Positions 43,603-57,300 of a DNA stretch of 64,000 nucleotides are shown piece by piece. The stretch covers positions 40,486,001 to 40,550,000 of the forward strand of contig CM075985.1 of the NCBI GenBank assembly GCA_038087875.1, given 5' to 3'. A program made the position numbers and the translations under genes. The stretch comes from Malacoraja senta. Its lineage: Eukaryota. Under the pieces are notes generated by a model that ran no database searches, had not been told where the DNA came from, and saw nothing but the letters and a program-made list of their open reading frames with translations. Within the stretch, counting starts at the first letter, position 1. Every line of letters begins with the position of its first letter.

Positions 43603-43725
43603 AGAGGGCAGTGAAAGAAGATATAAAGATTAGGATCGTGACTGGAGCTGTAATCGATCCTCTCGTTCTCATGGGGATCATGTTTGCAATTGGTTGCTGG
43701 AAGAAGAGGAAAAGGAGAAAAACTC
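43603..43725 (+). pseudogene. MHC I-like connecting peptide/transmembrane exon
   Basis: Acceptor tgcttacag ends at 43602. ERAVKEDIKIR-IVTGAVIDPLVLMGIMFAIGCW-KKRKRRK. Candidate donor GTAATG at 43726, or read-through to ~43805. Confidence 0.6.
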
Positions 43726-43804
43726 GTAATGAACAGGGACCAGCTGACAACAACAGAGACCAGGAGAGGACTGCAGTGACCATGAAGCACAATAAGCTTG
43801 CTAC

Positions 43805-44262
43805 CGGAATGATGCCTGGATTAGTGGGGTATTAGCCACAGGGAGAAGTTGGAAAGACTTGGATTGTTTTCTCTGGTATGTCGGGGCTTGAGTGGAGACC
43901 TGACAGTAATATATAAAACTGTGAGGGGTAGAGATAAGGTAGACCATCAGACTTTTTACCCATAAAGGAAATAGCAAATAAGAGGAGGTATAGCTTTACA
44001 ATGAATGGCAAAGTTAATAATATGTGCAGGGCAAGTGTTTTACGCCAAGCGTGGCGAGTGACTGGAATGTGCTGCCAGGGGTGGTGGTGGAAGCAGATAC
44101 GATAGTTGCATTAAAGAGACTTTTAGATAGGCGCATGCATATGCAGGGAATGGATGGATATGGATTATGTGTAAGCAGATAACAATTGGTCATGGCATCA
44201 TGTTCAGCACAAACATTGTGGATCAAACGGGCTGTTCTTGTGCTGTACTGTTCTATGTTCCA
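43805..44262 (+). mobile_element. Decayed CR1 3' fragment
   Basis: gaatgatgcctggattag...agacttggattgttttctctgg to a ctgttctatgttccatg tail. Confidence 0.75.
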
Positions 44263-44529
44263 TGCTCTTTATTCTATCAATGCTGACTGATGGCTTTACA
44301 TTCTGCCATACTTGATTTAATTGCTGTCTTAGCTGCAGTTACCATGTGATTCCTAACTCTTTTATTGCACCACATTTTGGAATAAAAGGTAGCCCATTTG
44401 ATTGATTGATTGATTGATTGATTGATACTTTATTACCACATGTGACATGTCACAGTGAAATTCTTTGTTTTGCATAACATACACAAGGTATACAAAGAGT
44501 CACCATGTATAGGGTGCTGACACAGTTAT

Positions 44530-45022
44530 GGGCCTGTCCCACCAGCATGCGATAGCATGCGTCTAGCGCGACCAAACGTGGTCGCTTGAGGCGTACTGCT
44601 TCGCGGGGCCGGTCCCACTTCGATCGCCGGAGGCGTATGGAGTTGTGCGGGGCTGGTCCCGACATCGCGCGGGGCTCCTAAAATCTTGCACTGTTCGAAA
44701 ATCCGCGCGCCAACGGCCTGTCGGCCTGCAGGCGCATTGAGGGCGTACGCAGCGTCTTGATGTTGTACGCAGCGTCTTGACAGCTTACGCCTAGCGCGTG
44801 GCGTTGCGCGATGACGTCTCCGCCCGACGCCGTGCGACGTCCAAATTCAGTCGGCCCGCCTCCTGCCCAGCTGATTGGTGAGTTTGACATACATTACGTC
44901 ACGCGCGAACTTTGCGCGTACTTGCCGCGTACTTAGCGCGTACATACCGTGAACTTAGCGCGAACTCCGCTTCCGTTTGGTCGCGCTAGACGCATGCAAT
45001 CGCATGCTGGTGGGACAGGCCC
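44530..45022. mobile_element. MITE with 49-bp terminal inverted repeats (possibly PIF/Harbinger-like)
   Basis: gggcctgtcccaccagcatgcg...accaaacg (44530-44578) vs 44974-45022, one mismatch. CpG-rich interior, no ORF of note. Superfamily is tentative. Confidence 0.8.
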
Positions 45023-45055
45023 TTTTCAAAGTAATCATTACAGTCCCCAATGGCC

Positions 45056-45245
45056 CCTCTTTGTCCTCGGCAGTCCTTCCATGTTGGGTTCACCTGTGTT
45101 ATCGCCGGCCCCCGCAACCCCAGGAACCTCTTTGTTCTCGGCAGCCCCTCCATGTTTGGTTCACCTGTGTTATCCGCGGCCCCCTCAACCCCGGAACCCT
45201 CTTTGTTCTCTTTGTTCTCGGCAGTCCTCCCATGTCGGGTCCCTC
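45056..45245 (+). repeat. ~70-bp imperfect tandem repeat x~2.5
   Basis: ctctttgt(c/t)ctcggcag...ccatgt..ggttcacctgtgttatc units. Confidence 0.75.
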
Positions 45246-46619
45246 TTTAAAATAGCTACGAAGAAGATTTATTTTCCAGGATGTGTATGATTTGCCTGAA
45301 CTTTCTATTTCAGCTGTGGAGACAAGGTGAATGAGTATTTTCCAGTTTGAGATATAGAGTTTTAGATCAGAAATGAATCAAAGATTGCAGGAATTATGCA
45401 GTAAACTAATCAAAATCTGATTTGACATAAGTTATTGAATGATGCAGACTGTTCAAGGGGGCTTACAGCTGATTACTAATCTTATTTTATATAAAACATA
45501 AAGAAGTACATCTCAGGAAGAGGCCCTTTGGCCCACAATGTCTGTGGTGAACATGATGAGATGCTAAACTGATCCCATCCAACTGCAACATGATCCATAT
45601 CCCTCTATTTCCTGCAGATCAGATTGTCAATCTAAAAGCCTCTCAAACATCATATATTATCTTGCCAGACATAGACTCAAAAAGCTGGAAAACTAACCGG
45701 ATCAGACAGCATCTCTGAATACAAGGCAGAGGCGACATTTCGGGTCAAGGCCCTTCTTCAGATTCCAGAACTGCTGTCTGACCCGATGCGTTACTCCAGC
45801 TTTTTGGGCCTATCTTCGGTTTAAACCAGCATCTGCAGTTCCTTCCTAGTTATTTTGCCACTTCTCTTTGTCACATACTGTAACCTGCATTCCTTGTTCA
45901 CATACCTGATTGTGTATTGGAGAAGTAATTGCCTCTGCATTTAATGCTTCAGATTCAGATTCAGATTCAGATTCAACTTTATTGTACTTCAGTACTTCAA
46001 GTATTTGATGGGCCAGTCAACAAGGATCTTTGTTTTCCAATACGAACCACACTCTACACCACAGCTTAGATAATATTGCTTAGTTTAGTTGAGTTACACA
46101 GCGTGGATGCAGAGCCTTCAGCTCATCGAGTTGATACCAACCATCTTGCACACCAGTTCTATGTTATCCCTCTTTCACATCCTCTTTCGATGCACTAGGG
46201 CAATTTTACAAAGATCAATTCACCTACAAACCTGTACATCATTGAGATGTGCGAGGAAACCGGAGCACCTGGAGAAATCCCACGTGGTCAGAGGGAGAAC
46301 ATGCAAACTCCACATAGACAACATCCCAGTACCCTGTCATGAGATTATTTATGGAACACGGTAATGTATGGGGGCTGTGTTTTGTTGATCCGACAGATCA
46401 CTGGGAACAATACTCATTATCAAAGCTGTGGTGTAATAGCTGTGGAAGTGTTTTACGTGCAACGGTCCGAGAATTTCATTGTATACCCACCAGTGTCCTT
46501 TCTGAATTATGAGCATTTCATAAAATACTTCTGAATGAGTTTTACGAAGACTTTAGCATGCTACATCTGAGCTATATACTTGTTTTGTCATTGTTAATAC
46601 TGTAGACAGCTATTTATTC

Positions 46620-47030
46620 AATCATAAGATCATGTGATAGGAACAGAATTAGGCCATTCGTCCCATCATTCATGGCTGATCTATCCTATCCTCCAAACTC
46701 AATTTTCCTAACTTCTCCCCATAACCCCTGACACCCGTACTATTCAAGAATCTATCTCTGACTTTAAAAATATCCATTGGCAGCCTCCACAGCCTTCTAT
46801 GGCAGAATTCCACAGATTCCCCACCATTAAGAAATTCCTCCTCATCTCGTTCCTAAAGGAGCGTAATTTAATTGTAATGTTTTGCCCTCTGCTGAGATGC
46901 TCCCACTAGTGGAAACATCTTCTCAACATCCACTTTATCCAGGCCATTCACTATTCGGTAAGTTTCGATGAGGTCTCCCCTCATCCTTCGAATTCCAGCG
47001 AGTAGAGGCCTAGTGCCGTCAAACGCTCAT
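46620..47030 (-). mobile_element. Decayed CR1 3' fragment
   Basis: gaattaggccattcg...ccttctatggcagaattccacagattc similarity. Confidence 0.7.
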
Positions 47031-47049
47031 CAGAACGGAATAACAACAA

Positions 47050-47320
47050 CCTTACTCTTCATATAACCAATTGTGAAAACTCACACCTCCACATTCAGGG
47101 ACAGTCTCTTCCCAATTGTTATCAGGCAACTGAAACCATCCGACCAACAACTAGGGTGCAGTCTTGAACTACTGTCTCCTGCATTGGAGATCCTCGGACA
47201 ATATTTGATCGGACTTTACTGCCATTATCTTGAACTAAACGTTATTCACGTTATTCCCTTTATCATATATCTGTACACTAAGGATGGCTCGATTGTAATC
47301 ATGTATTGTCTTTCCACTGA
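47050..47320 (+). mobile_element. Rex1/Babar-like 3' end
   Basis: HTSTFRDSLFPIVIRQL, and a 3' UTR matching the reverse complement of 1-200. Confidence 0.7.
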
Positions 47321-48019
47321 CTGACATTTAGTTTAGTTTGGAGATACAGGGCGGAAACGGGCCCTTCGTCCCAAGATCAAACCCGGCTGTGTGGCAATTA
47401 AGGCAGCAATTCTACTGCTGCATCACCATGCTGTCCTTATTGTTGTCTGATGTGCAAGGAATGGAGGTATATTATGTGACGGCAGATAGGAGTTGGTCTT
47501 GGCATCATGTTCAACACAAACAGTGTGGGCCAAAGGACCTGTTCCTGTGCTGTTCTGATCTATTGTGGTGATTGTGAAAACACATAATAATTACTTGATT
47601 GCTGGTATCTTAAGTGTATTTACTAGGTACATTAAATATTCAGACAAAACTAAATTCCATTCCCGAGTCATCTAATTCCCACATCCCAGTCAGCATGAAA
47701 CATCAACTTTAATGATGTACTGATATATTTATTTTCTATTCATATTTAACTGTGAGTTTAATGTTACACCAAATGGTAATTGGCTTGTTTCCATCAGTGT
47801 ATGCAATCTGGGTGACCCTGAACTTATTGCTTAGGTGTGAGATTCCTCGCAACGACTGAGATGAAGAAGAAACCTGACTGCTACAGACTTTTTGGAGGGG
47901 ATTGCAAGATTTTGATGCCATCCAGTCCATCACTGTCTGTGAAAAAACATGCCCTGCACATCTCCTTTAAACTCTCATCTTAAAGCTATGCCCTCTTGCA
48001 TTTAATGTTTCCATCCATG

Positions 48020-48327
48020 TTTAGTTTAGTTTAGTTTAGAGATACAGCGCGGAAACAGGCCCTTCGGCCCACTGAGTCCTCACCGACCAGCGATCCTGGT
48101 CTATCCTACACACACTAGGGATGATGTACACATACACCACGCCAATTAATCTACATACCTGACATCTTTGAGTGTGGGAGGAAACCGAAGATCTCGGAGA
48201 AAACCCATGCTGTCATGGAGAGAACGTACAAACTCCATACAGACAGCACCCGTGGTCGGGATCGAACCTGGGTCTCCCACGCTGCAAGCGCTGTAAAGCA
48301 GCAACTCTACCGCTGCGCCACCGTGAC
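48020..48327 (-). mobile_element. HE1/V-SINE-like SINE
   Basis: (tttag)n tail, central domain, gggatcgaacctggg B-box complement. Confidence 0.85.
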
Positions 48328-48946
48328 CCTGTTCTGACTATCTATCCTAACTATACCTCTCATAGTTGTATATACTTCTATCAGGTGTCCCATCAAACTC
48401 CGGCATTCTAGGCGGGAGCAATCCATGTCTGTCCATCTGATTCATGTAACCAACACACCCTAGTCGAGGCATCATTTTTGTAAACCTCTGCACCCTTTCC
48501 AATGCCTGTTCATCCTTTATGTAATTAGTCACAAAAACTGCACATAATACTCCAAAATATGGATAACCCAAAGTTCTATAAACTGTATTGACTTCCTGAG
48601 TCTTTTGCTCTAGAAACCCAAGATTCAGCCCCAAGATCTCTCTGTAGATTAAGGCTGTTAAGGGTCTTGCCAATAACTCTATACTTTTCCTTTACATCGA
48701 CCACTCAAAGTGTAACACCTCATACAAAATGAATTCCATTTGCATTTTTTCTGCCCATTTCTGTATCTGATATATTTCCCATTGTACACTACGGCAGCCT
48801 TCTTCACTGTTCGCAACTCCATCAATTTTGGTGCGCCTGCAAACTTACTAACCAACCCAACCACTAAGTGGCGCCAGCAATGGCTGCCTCGCCAACAGTC
48901 TGTCTGTCCCTTCCGTCTTTGTGTTTTAAACAGTATGTGTTTAAAT

Positions 48947-49497
48947 CAGGGGTTGGCAACCTATGGCCCACGGGCCGGATTCGGACTGTAAGCCCAAATC
49001 ATCCGGCCCGCAGGCGTAACACAAAACACACACAACACTTATCCGAGAGTGGTTCTCACACACACACACAAACACACACACATACACCAGCAAATTCCAT
49101 ATCACAACACCAGTCGACTCACTCTCTCTCTCCGTCCCTACCCTCCCACCCCCTCTTCCATCCTCCCGACCACCCGGAGTCAAAGCGCCCCCCACCTCGG
49201 TGCTGCAGCATGTGTGAAACTGCAGTGCGATGAGAGCGGCTTCGACGAGGCGGTGCTGGAGCGGTTTCCTCGGGAACCCAGCGGAGGAAAATGAAGCATC
49301 AGCGGGGTTGGTGAGGAATTCCGCTTCGGCCTCAGTGTAGTTTGCTGCGGGTTGCAATTGTCTTTTTCTTACATTTTTGTTGCGATTTTTTAAAAACTAT
49401 AATTAATTAATTATTAACTATGGTGATAGATGTGGCCCGCCATCCTCTCACAGACATCGGTCCTGGCTCCTATGCAGAACAAGGTTGCCGATCCCGG
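48947..49497. mobile_element. Non-autonomous hAT (Charlie-like) DNA transposon
   Basis: TIR caggggttggcaacct vs aggttgccgatcccgg (13/16). Imperfect 8-bp TSD gtttaaat/tgttaaat. Confidence 0.6.
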
Positions 49498-51889
49498 TGT
49501 TAAATGTATGTTTTTAGTGTTCTTTAGCTTGTTTTACGTGGGGTGGGGTGGGGTGGGGTGGGGTAGGGGTGGGGGGATGGGGGAAACTTTTTCTAATATC
49601 TTACCTCGACGGAGATGCGATGTTTTTCTGTATCGTATCTCGGTCCGCACTGCGGCCTAACATCGAAGAGTTGGAGGCCTTTATTGGAGACCGACTTTTG
49701 ACAGCCCCACCGCCGGAGCTTGCGGACTTAACATCACGGAGCTCGCGGTCTCTGGTCAGAGACCGACCTCGGGAGCTCCAAGCCGCAGGAGCTTCGACCA
49801 CCCCCGACACAGGAGCTTCGATCGCCCCGACGCAGGAGCTTCAGCCGCCCGCTACGGGTGCATCGATCACCCCGACGATGGTTCGACTGCCCCGACCGCG
49901 GGAGAATAAAGATAAAGAAGATTGGACTTTTTTGGCTACCATCACAGTGAGGAATGTGGAAATCCGCTGTGGTGGATGTTTATGTTAACTTTTATGTCAT
50001 TGTGTGTCGTGTTGCTTGTCTTGGGCCAGGGGTGGGATCCAGTACAGGCAAGGCCAACAATTTAATGACATGGATAAAAAATCAAAACAAAAATGCAAGG
50101 AAATAACAAGAGATCCAATCAGAACATAGACACAAAATGCTGGAGTAACTCGTCAGGACAAGAGAAGGAATGGGTGACATTTAGGGGTCGAGACCCTTCT
50201 TCAGACTGATGTCAGGGGAATGGGAGGTCGATAGATAAGGACGTATAGTTAAGGAAGTGTAAGATGTGAAAACAGGACAAAGCGAATGTAGATCAATGAA
50301 AAGGTAGCAACAAAGCAAACAGAGATAAAGAAGGGAAACTCTCGGAAAAGTTTGACAAGGGGGGATCTGCTACGTACTGAGAAGCTGAGGTAAATATAAT
50401 ACCTTTATTTAACAGCAAGCTGCCTCGATAAACAAATAAGTCACAAGCCAACAGATGTTTACACTGATAAAGTTAGACCAACAAGGGTGCATGCAGGTTC
50501 AAGCAGAACATAAACTCTGGCCTTGAAGTATGATATTGTTTGGTTAGTTTCTGTGTGCGTGCGCAATGAGATTCTTTACAATGCAAATCAGAATATGAAA
50601 AACGAAGAAAAAAGTTAAATATATAGATTCATTCTTGTAAAACCTTTCACAACATTTCAAAAACATTTAGAACCACTGAGTATTTCTTGAAATGTAATCA
50701 CTATTGAATGAATAAACAAAGAACATTGAGCATGATGACACAGGCACAAGCCCTAGCATCACAACGTTTGTGCTGGCTGGCTATGTTGCCATTACAGACT
50801 AATCCCATCGTCCTGCACATGGTCTGACAAGTCTGAAGAAAGGTCTCGACCCAAAACATCACCCAATCCTTCTCTCCTGAGATGCTGCCTTTCCTGCTGA
50901 GTTACTCAATATTTTTGTGTCTACCTTTGGTTTAAACCAGCATCTGCTGTTCCTTTCCACACACCCCTTCATTTCCTTTCTGTTCACGTGTCAGGACCCA
51001 AGAGAGACAAGAGAGTTAAGCTTCTTTAAAGAAATGTCTAATTAAATGTTCCAACAACAGAACAATTACATTATTACATGCAGCAGCCTAACAGGCCCAT
51101 AAACAGAGTATAAATAGATAAAAAAGATAATAATAAAAAATAAATAAAAGAGCCACTGTGTGGCGCGACAGTCAAAATCAATTTATTAGTTAACATAAAA
51201 CATAGAGCAGTACAGTATATATGCCTGTTTAAATGCCTTTAAACATTGCTATCATATCTGTTTCCACTATTCCCCTGACAGCACGCTCCAAGCACCCACC
51301 ACTCTCTGTAAAAAAATCCTTTAAGATTTACTCCTCTCTACTCTGTGTCTCTTATAATTATATATACTTCCGTCAGGTGTCCCCCCACCTCCCTCATATT
51401 CCGACTCCACAAGAGCAAATGATCTAAGTTTGTCCAACCTGTCCTCATAGCTGAAACTGTCAAACACTGCTTTCAATTTTAATTCAAAGGAAAATGTGAT
51501 GAACGACAGATGATATGTGTTCTTCGATGGTATCAACTGAAAGATAAATATCAATGAAGTTTCTGGGATTAACCTGTATTCCTTAAATAACGTTTTCGGA
51601 TTATTTTTTAGAGGGCAGGTATTGATTATTTGAAATATATATTGCATTGAATCAGACCTTTCAGCCCATCGAATCCACACCAGTCATTGACCATCCGTTC
51701 ACACCAGTTCAGGGTTATCACATTTTTGCATCACATTTTGAATTCACGGAGGCCGATTAAGCAACAAGCCAGCTTGTGCTTAAGGTGTACGAGGAAGCTG
51801 GAGCACCTGGAGGAAGCCAGCGCAGTCACAGGGGGAAGATACAAACTCCACACGGACAGTACTTCAGGTCAGGATCAAGTCCAGGTAAT

Positions 51890-52420
51890 AAGGAATGGGT
51901 GTAGAATAAGGCCATTCGGCCCATCTAATCCACTCCACCATTCAATCATAACTGATCTATCTCTCCCTCCTCAACCAATTCTCCTGCCTTCTCCCCATAA
52001 CCTCGGACACTTGTACTAATCAAGAATCTATCTATCTCTGACTTCGAAATATCCACTGACGGCTTCCACAGCCTTCTGTGGCAAAGAATTCCATGGATTT
52101 ACCACCCTCTGCCTTAAGAAATTTCTCCTCATCTTCCTAAAAGAACGTCCTTTAATTCTGAGGCTATGGGTTCTAGTCCTAGATTCTCCCACTAGTGGAA
52201 GCATCCTCTCCACTTCCACTCTATCCAAGCCATTCACTATTCTGTAGGTTTCAATGAGGTCACCCCTCATTCTTCTAAACTCCAGTGAGTGCAGGCCCAG
52301 TGCTAACAAATGTAAATGATAGGTTAACCTACTCATTTCTGGGATCATTGTTGTAAACCTCCTCTGGACCCTCTCCAGAGCCAGCACATCCTTTCTCAGA
52401 TATAGTGCCCAAAATTGCTC
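51890..52420 (-). mobile_element. Decayed CR1 3' fragment
   Basis: EQFWALYLRKDVLALERVQRRFTTMIP...LEFRRMRGDLIETY on the minus strand. Confidence 0.85.
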
Positions 52421-54381
52421 ATAATGTTCTCTAGCACTGAGGGAGCAGCTCTGCCAGTTGTGCCATTGTGCCGGCCTGGTAGTATTTTGGTTTAACGTGT
52501 GTTGTAAAATTGCATCACAAACTCTACAGAACGCCCTGTACAGCACCAGATTCCACTGATGTTTCTTTGGTGGGATATTGATTCTCTGACTGAGAATGGA
52601 GATATGCTGTGGCTGACACCGAATGAAAAAAATGTTTTGCACACAACTCACAGTTACTTCTTGCCTGGGTGGATGGAGCCTGCAGCTGGGGCCTAGGTCG
52701 GTACGACGAAGGCGTCCGGACAGGACCCGGCAGCGTTAGTGGCTAGGCCGGTGTGGCAGTCGATGATGGCGCCGACCGATGGACGAGGACAGGCACGTGA
52801 AATTGAGGACACCGCTGCCGAGGGAAGGAACAAATGAGAACCTGGCGTGGGGGACGGAAATGTGTAACTTTCTAAGCGCCCTTTATGGGCAACTATTTCC
52901 ATACCTTGTGTTTGCAAGCAAAGAATGTCACTGAGACTTGTCACATGTGACAATAAAGTATTCAATTAAATTCAATTCAATCAACAGCCACCTCATAATC
53001 TATTGATAACAGGCATTTTGTTACAAGAAGGGATTCTCTCGAAAGGCGTAGGTTTATTTTCAAAAGTTTTAATCAATTTCTCTGATACAAGGGCACTGAC
53101 CGCTTGTTCTGCTTTCGCTGTAAGGAGACACTCTCTGCAGTAACTTTCTCATTCGACTGAACTTTGTACATCAGTTTTCACATGGTATGTTTGAGAGCTA
53201 TTTCCATTTACTGGGAGACATCACACCCAAGCCTGAACTAGATTGCATGCTACCCCATAGTTAATGGCGAGAACAAGGTTTTTGTCGTTCAGTCTGATAT
53301 TGATTAGAGTTGAATTCAGGAAACCCAATACCAAGCACAGCCTTTTACAAGGAAAAGCAAACAAATTGTGGCATTTACTTCAAAAAAAACTAACACTACC
53401 TATTGGACAATGTTAATGAATTCTGCTTTCAAAGAATGAGTTCAAACCATGCTAAACATGTCCAAGGAATTCTTAATGTATACGAAGGAACTGTAGATGC
53501 TGGTTTAAGCCGAAGATAGACACAAAATGACGTAGTAACTCAGAGGCACAGGCAGCATCTCTGGATGGAAGTAATGGGTGATGTTTTGGGTAGAGATCCT
53601 TTGGGAAAAAATCCTCATGGCCTATGTGTAAATCGCATGTCAATGAGAATGGAGATGTTGACTGTGAAATGTGAGTCAGTGGGATTTGGATGGAAATGTG
53701 AACGTACAGAATTTAAAAGTAGTCTATTGGATCTGAACACATATTGGTCTGAAGTAGGGTCTCGACCCACAATGTCACCCATTCCTTCTCTCCAGAGATG
53801 CTGCCTGTGAGTTAATCCAGAATTTTGTGTCTGTCTTCCGTGTAAACTGGCATCTGCAGTTCCGTCCTACACATTTGGTATGTGAATCAGTATTGTGTGA
53901 ATGGATACTTTTTTGAATGGGATTCTGCTTCAGAATGGTGTTGGTGGATGCATTTTTGAATGGGTTATGTGATTCAGAATGGTGTGAATGGAGGATTTTT
54001 TGACTGGGGCGTGTGATTAAAAATGGTGTGAACAGATCAAATTTATCAATGACAGCTACATTTATGCAATTAATCTATATTTATCATATTTAATTTTATA
54101 ACATATATATGAACTTCAAATTGAATTAATTACGTTCTACCCTGTTACTTGATCTTTTAGGTAGTTGAGAAGGTATTGAAAGAGTGCCTTGTTCACTCAA
54201 GAACCCAGGCAATAGTGGATACTTAATCAGCAAACACTTGGCCCAGTGCCTGAGGTGCTCCAGTCACTAAGTGATGGAAATGTATTTGTCATTTCACAAG
54301 TCTCACATTGTGTAAGAGGTTGGGGCTGGAGTTTCAGCCCAACAGATCAGTCAGAAGAGGTACAGGAACAGAGGCAGGGTG

Positions 54382-57300
54382 AATAGAAAGATTAAACGAG
54401 AACTTACCAGTTTGAAGTTTGATCTTTATTTTATGAGAAGTTGCAATGAGGGATTACATGAAGAAGCCCACCAGCCCGCATGCGCGTCAATCTTCAAAGT
54501 AGCTGTATGAAACCACAGAATAGTTGCTGACCTAAGCTATAGAAGGATTGAAGGCTAGAACTACCGATTGATCTTTTATGAGAATAGGGTTGGGAGTGGA
54601 GGGCACGTAATCCCTCATCGCAACTTCTCACAAAATAAAGATCAAACTTCAAACTGGTAAGTTCTCGTTTAATCTTTCTATTTTATTTCGAAGTCACGTG
54701 AGTGACTACGTGAAGAATTCAAAACTCTGTGGTTTCATGCAGTGACATAATCTGTGTGTGAAACACTTAAACAGATAAATCATTAATGGTAGGAAAACAT
54801 GAGTTATTAATATCAGGATTCTAACTCGCATATATGGCCATTGCTCTAAACTGGCCTTTAGTCTCAATAGACGGTTGAATTAGACAATAACTTATGCAAC
54901 AATGTGCATAATTCTATCTGCAAACATCCAGACATATTCCACCAAATGGTATAACTTATTAACCTGCACTATGTAAACCTTATGCTGTATGATGAAAGGG
55001 AAATCCATTGTATTGGCTGCTAATGAGCCATCAGCAATATCTTGAGACTATTGAAACATAATAACTATCTTTTATTTCATAGGCACTAGCAACTGAGTGC
55101 ACTTGTATACCTAATGACATCCCTGATCTCTGCTCTGGTGGGTATGCTGTCAACCTCAAATGCACGTAATCCTGCTAATTTGCTTATGAGATTGTTTGTA
55201 TAACAAGCTACCCCAATGTCAGTATGACGTGGACCCCAAGCCAGAGATTGAGTAAGGCTGTGTTCTTTATACTAAGATCAGCTGCTGAAAGCATAATCAT
55301 CTTAAGATACTAGTCCCATTAGGACAAATGTTGACGCATATTTGCATAACAAGTTAAAACTGATACGCATCGCACATTAAAATGAGTGTGGGCTATAAGA
55401 GTGGTCAAATGAAAGACACCCTGCATAACGTTGGAGAATAGTGGCTGAAGAACTAATCATTTGTCCCACTTATGGTATTACCGAAATGATAAGGCAGAAC
55501 AAGTAATGTCAATTGTGCTGTCCCATTAGTTTCTCTAGGTTTAAATTGGAAGCCACACAAACCTCTGTTCCTGCCGTATAGAATTTACTCACATATATTG
55601 TTCTCAATCTTTTCATATAAAAAGTGCAGAGCTAGCTGGCCGAGAAGACAGGCTGTCCCAGCCGTCACACGTGACTGAGTAAATAAGAGTTGCTTCGGCC
55701 GCCTACCATGGCGTGATTGAATAGGCAAATTGGTACTGTTAAAAATTGTGTTGCCTCATTTGTAATATCGCAAAAGATATCTACCGACTATCCATAAGTT
55801 TTATAATTTGCAATTTTGCATAATACCTAAAACTCGATGACATAATGCCCTCTAATCTAAGAAGGGCAGCATAGGCTTACACCACTAGCTTTGTTATTAA
55901 ACAGCAGAAACTGTGCCTTATGTGTATAGATATGACAGAGTATGCAACTACAAGATCGCTTCTCTGAGTCAGTTAAATTGCAAACACCCAATTATCCATC
56001 TTAAACTGGGTAAGTAAACCCACAATTTGATTAGCATAATGCTAACCTGGTTCGGCCTGCACCATATTTCTGTAATCTTAAGAAATATACCCCTCCAGTC
56101 CTCGGATGAGTTGTCACTGATTGCCCGCAGAACTGCTGTTCCTCTATTGATCCTATGGACGGAATTGTTTTGGCTTTCATTACCGCGGAAGATGCATTAT
56201 CTAGCTATTCATACATATCGCTGATAATATATAATCAGCAGCCAATGACCAGAGCTGAAACCACAGCCTCGCTAGAAGTGAGAATACGAGTTCCCTGTCA
56301 ACTCTTGACTAAGAGTCACCGTGAATACATAGCGTTTTCCTTCAGAGTGGAGATTAGTATAATGCAAGGCTAAACCAAGAATTACCTCTCAGATCTTTGA
56401 CTGAGACCACATGTCTAAGGCTCCAGAGTGCATAACACAATCTGTTCGACCCACCACTCAATCAGGAATACTGGTTTTGAGAGCCTATGGATTATTATGA
56501 ATACATTGTTCATTCACAACATGAACCTACAGGTCAGACAAAGTTATAATATATGCCAGACGAGCTTTCTGCTGGTAACTACCTGTCCCAGAGAGGATGG
56601 CAATGATGATTCCAATGAACCAGTAACTGCTAACTGAGGAGAAATAAACCATACGATGATAAAAACTTCAACTTCTTTATTGTATTGACCAGTCTGATAA
56701 CCTCTCATAGATGATGAAGCAGTGCTTCTCATGTCACTATTACTCGTATAGCCAGCCAGTTTCATGATGGTCTACCCCGATCGAGGGTAAACAAACTGTT
56801 CCTACTTGGAACTTACACAGGTTACTGTGTAAGGCACCTTGCCAATGTCTCTACATCAACCCGATCTTATCACAGAGACAGTGAAAACGACTAGACATCC
56901 CATGCTGGCAGCAAACCCAAGCTGGGCCGACAGACTGCTTAATTTCGGAGTTTACGGAGGTTAATAACGACACCTTACTTACCAGCGTCTCGAACCCCAG
57001 GTCGATTTCCTTTGTTGGAGCCTCAGCAAAGTTCCATTTGCAGACTATGTCCATCATGCTTGTAATTTATGTTAGACAGCTTATAGAATTTTTCGAGGAT
57101 GTAACTAGTAGAGTGGATAAGGGAGAACCAGTGGATGTGTTATATCTGGACTTTCAGAAGGCTTTCGACAAGGTCCCACATAAGAGATTAGTATGCAAAC
57201 ATAAAGCAACGGTATTGGGGGTTCAGTATTGATGTGGATAGAGAACTAGCTGGCAGATAGGAAGCAAAGAGTAATCGGGACCTTTTCAGAATGGCAGGCA

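Larger units (their letters stand above)
26432..43725 (+). pseudogene. Non-classical MHC class I heavy chain-like pseudogene (leader, alpha1, alpha2, alpha3, TM exons)
   Basis: Five colinear phase-1 exons with class I domain motifs. TAG at 39871-39873 and 41286-41288, CT instead of GT at 40025-40026, alpha3 3' end replaced by repeats. Confidence 0.85.

Noticed and set aside
43726-43835. Full cytoplasmic tail encoded by ORF 43566-43835
   Set aside because: The last ~10 codons derive from a CR1 fragment starting ~43805, and a donor at 43726 may end the exon earlier. The tail cannot be defined.
46350-46550. ~65-codon open frame on the minus strand in unique sequence
   Set aside because: No recognisable motif or convincing splice sites; the length is compatible with chance.
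48941-49357. 138-aa ORF as a hAT transposase remnant
   Set aside because: No transposase motifs are recognisable, and it partly translates (CA)n/(CT)n simple repeats.
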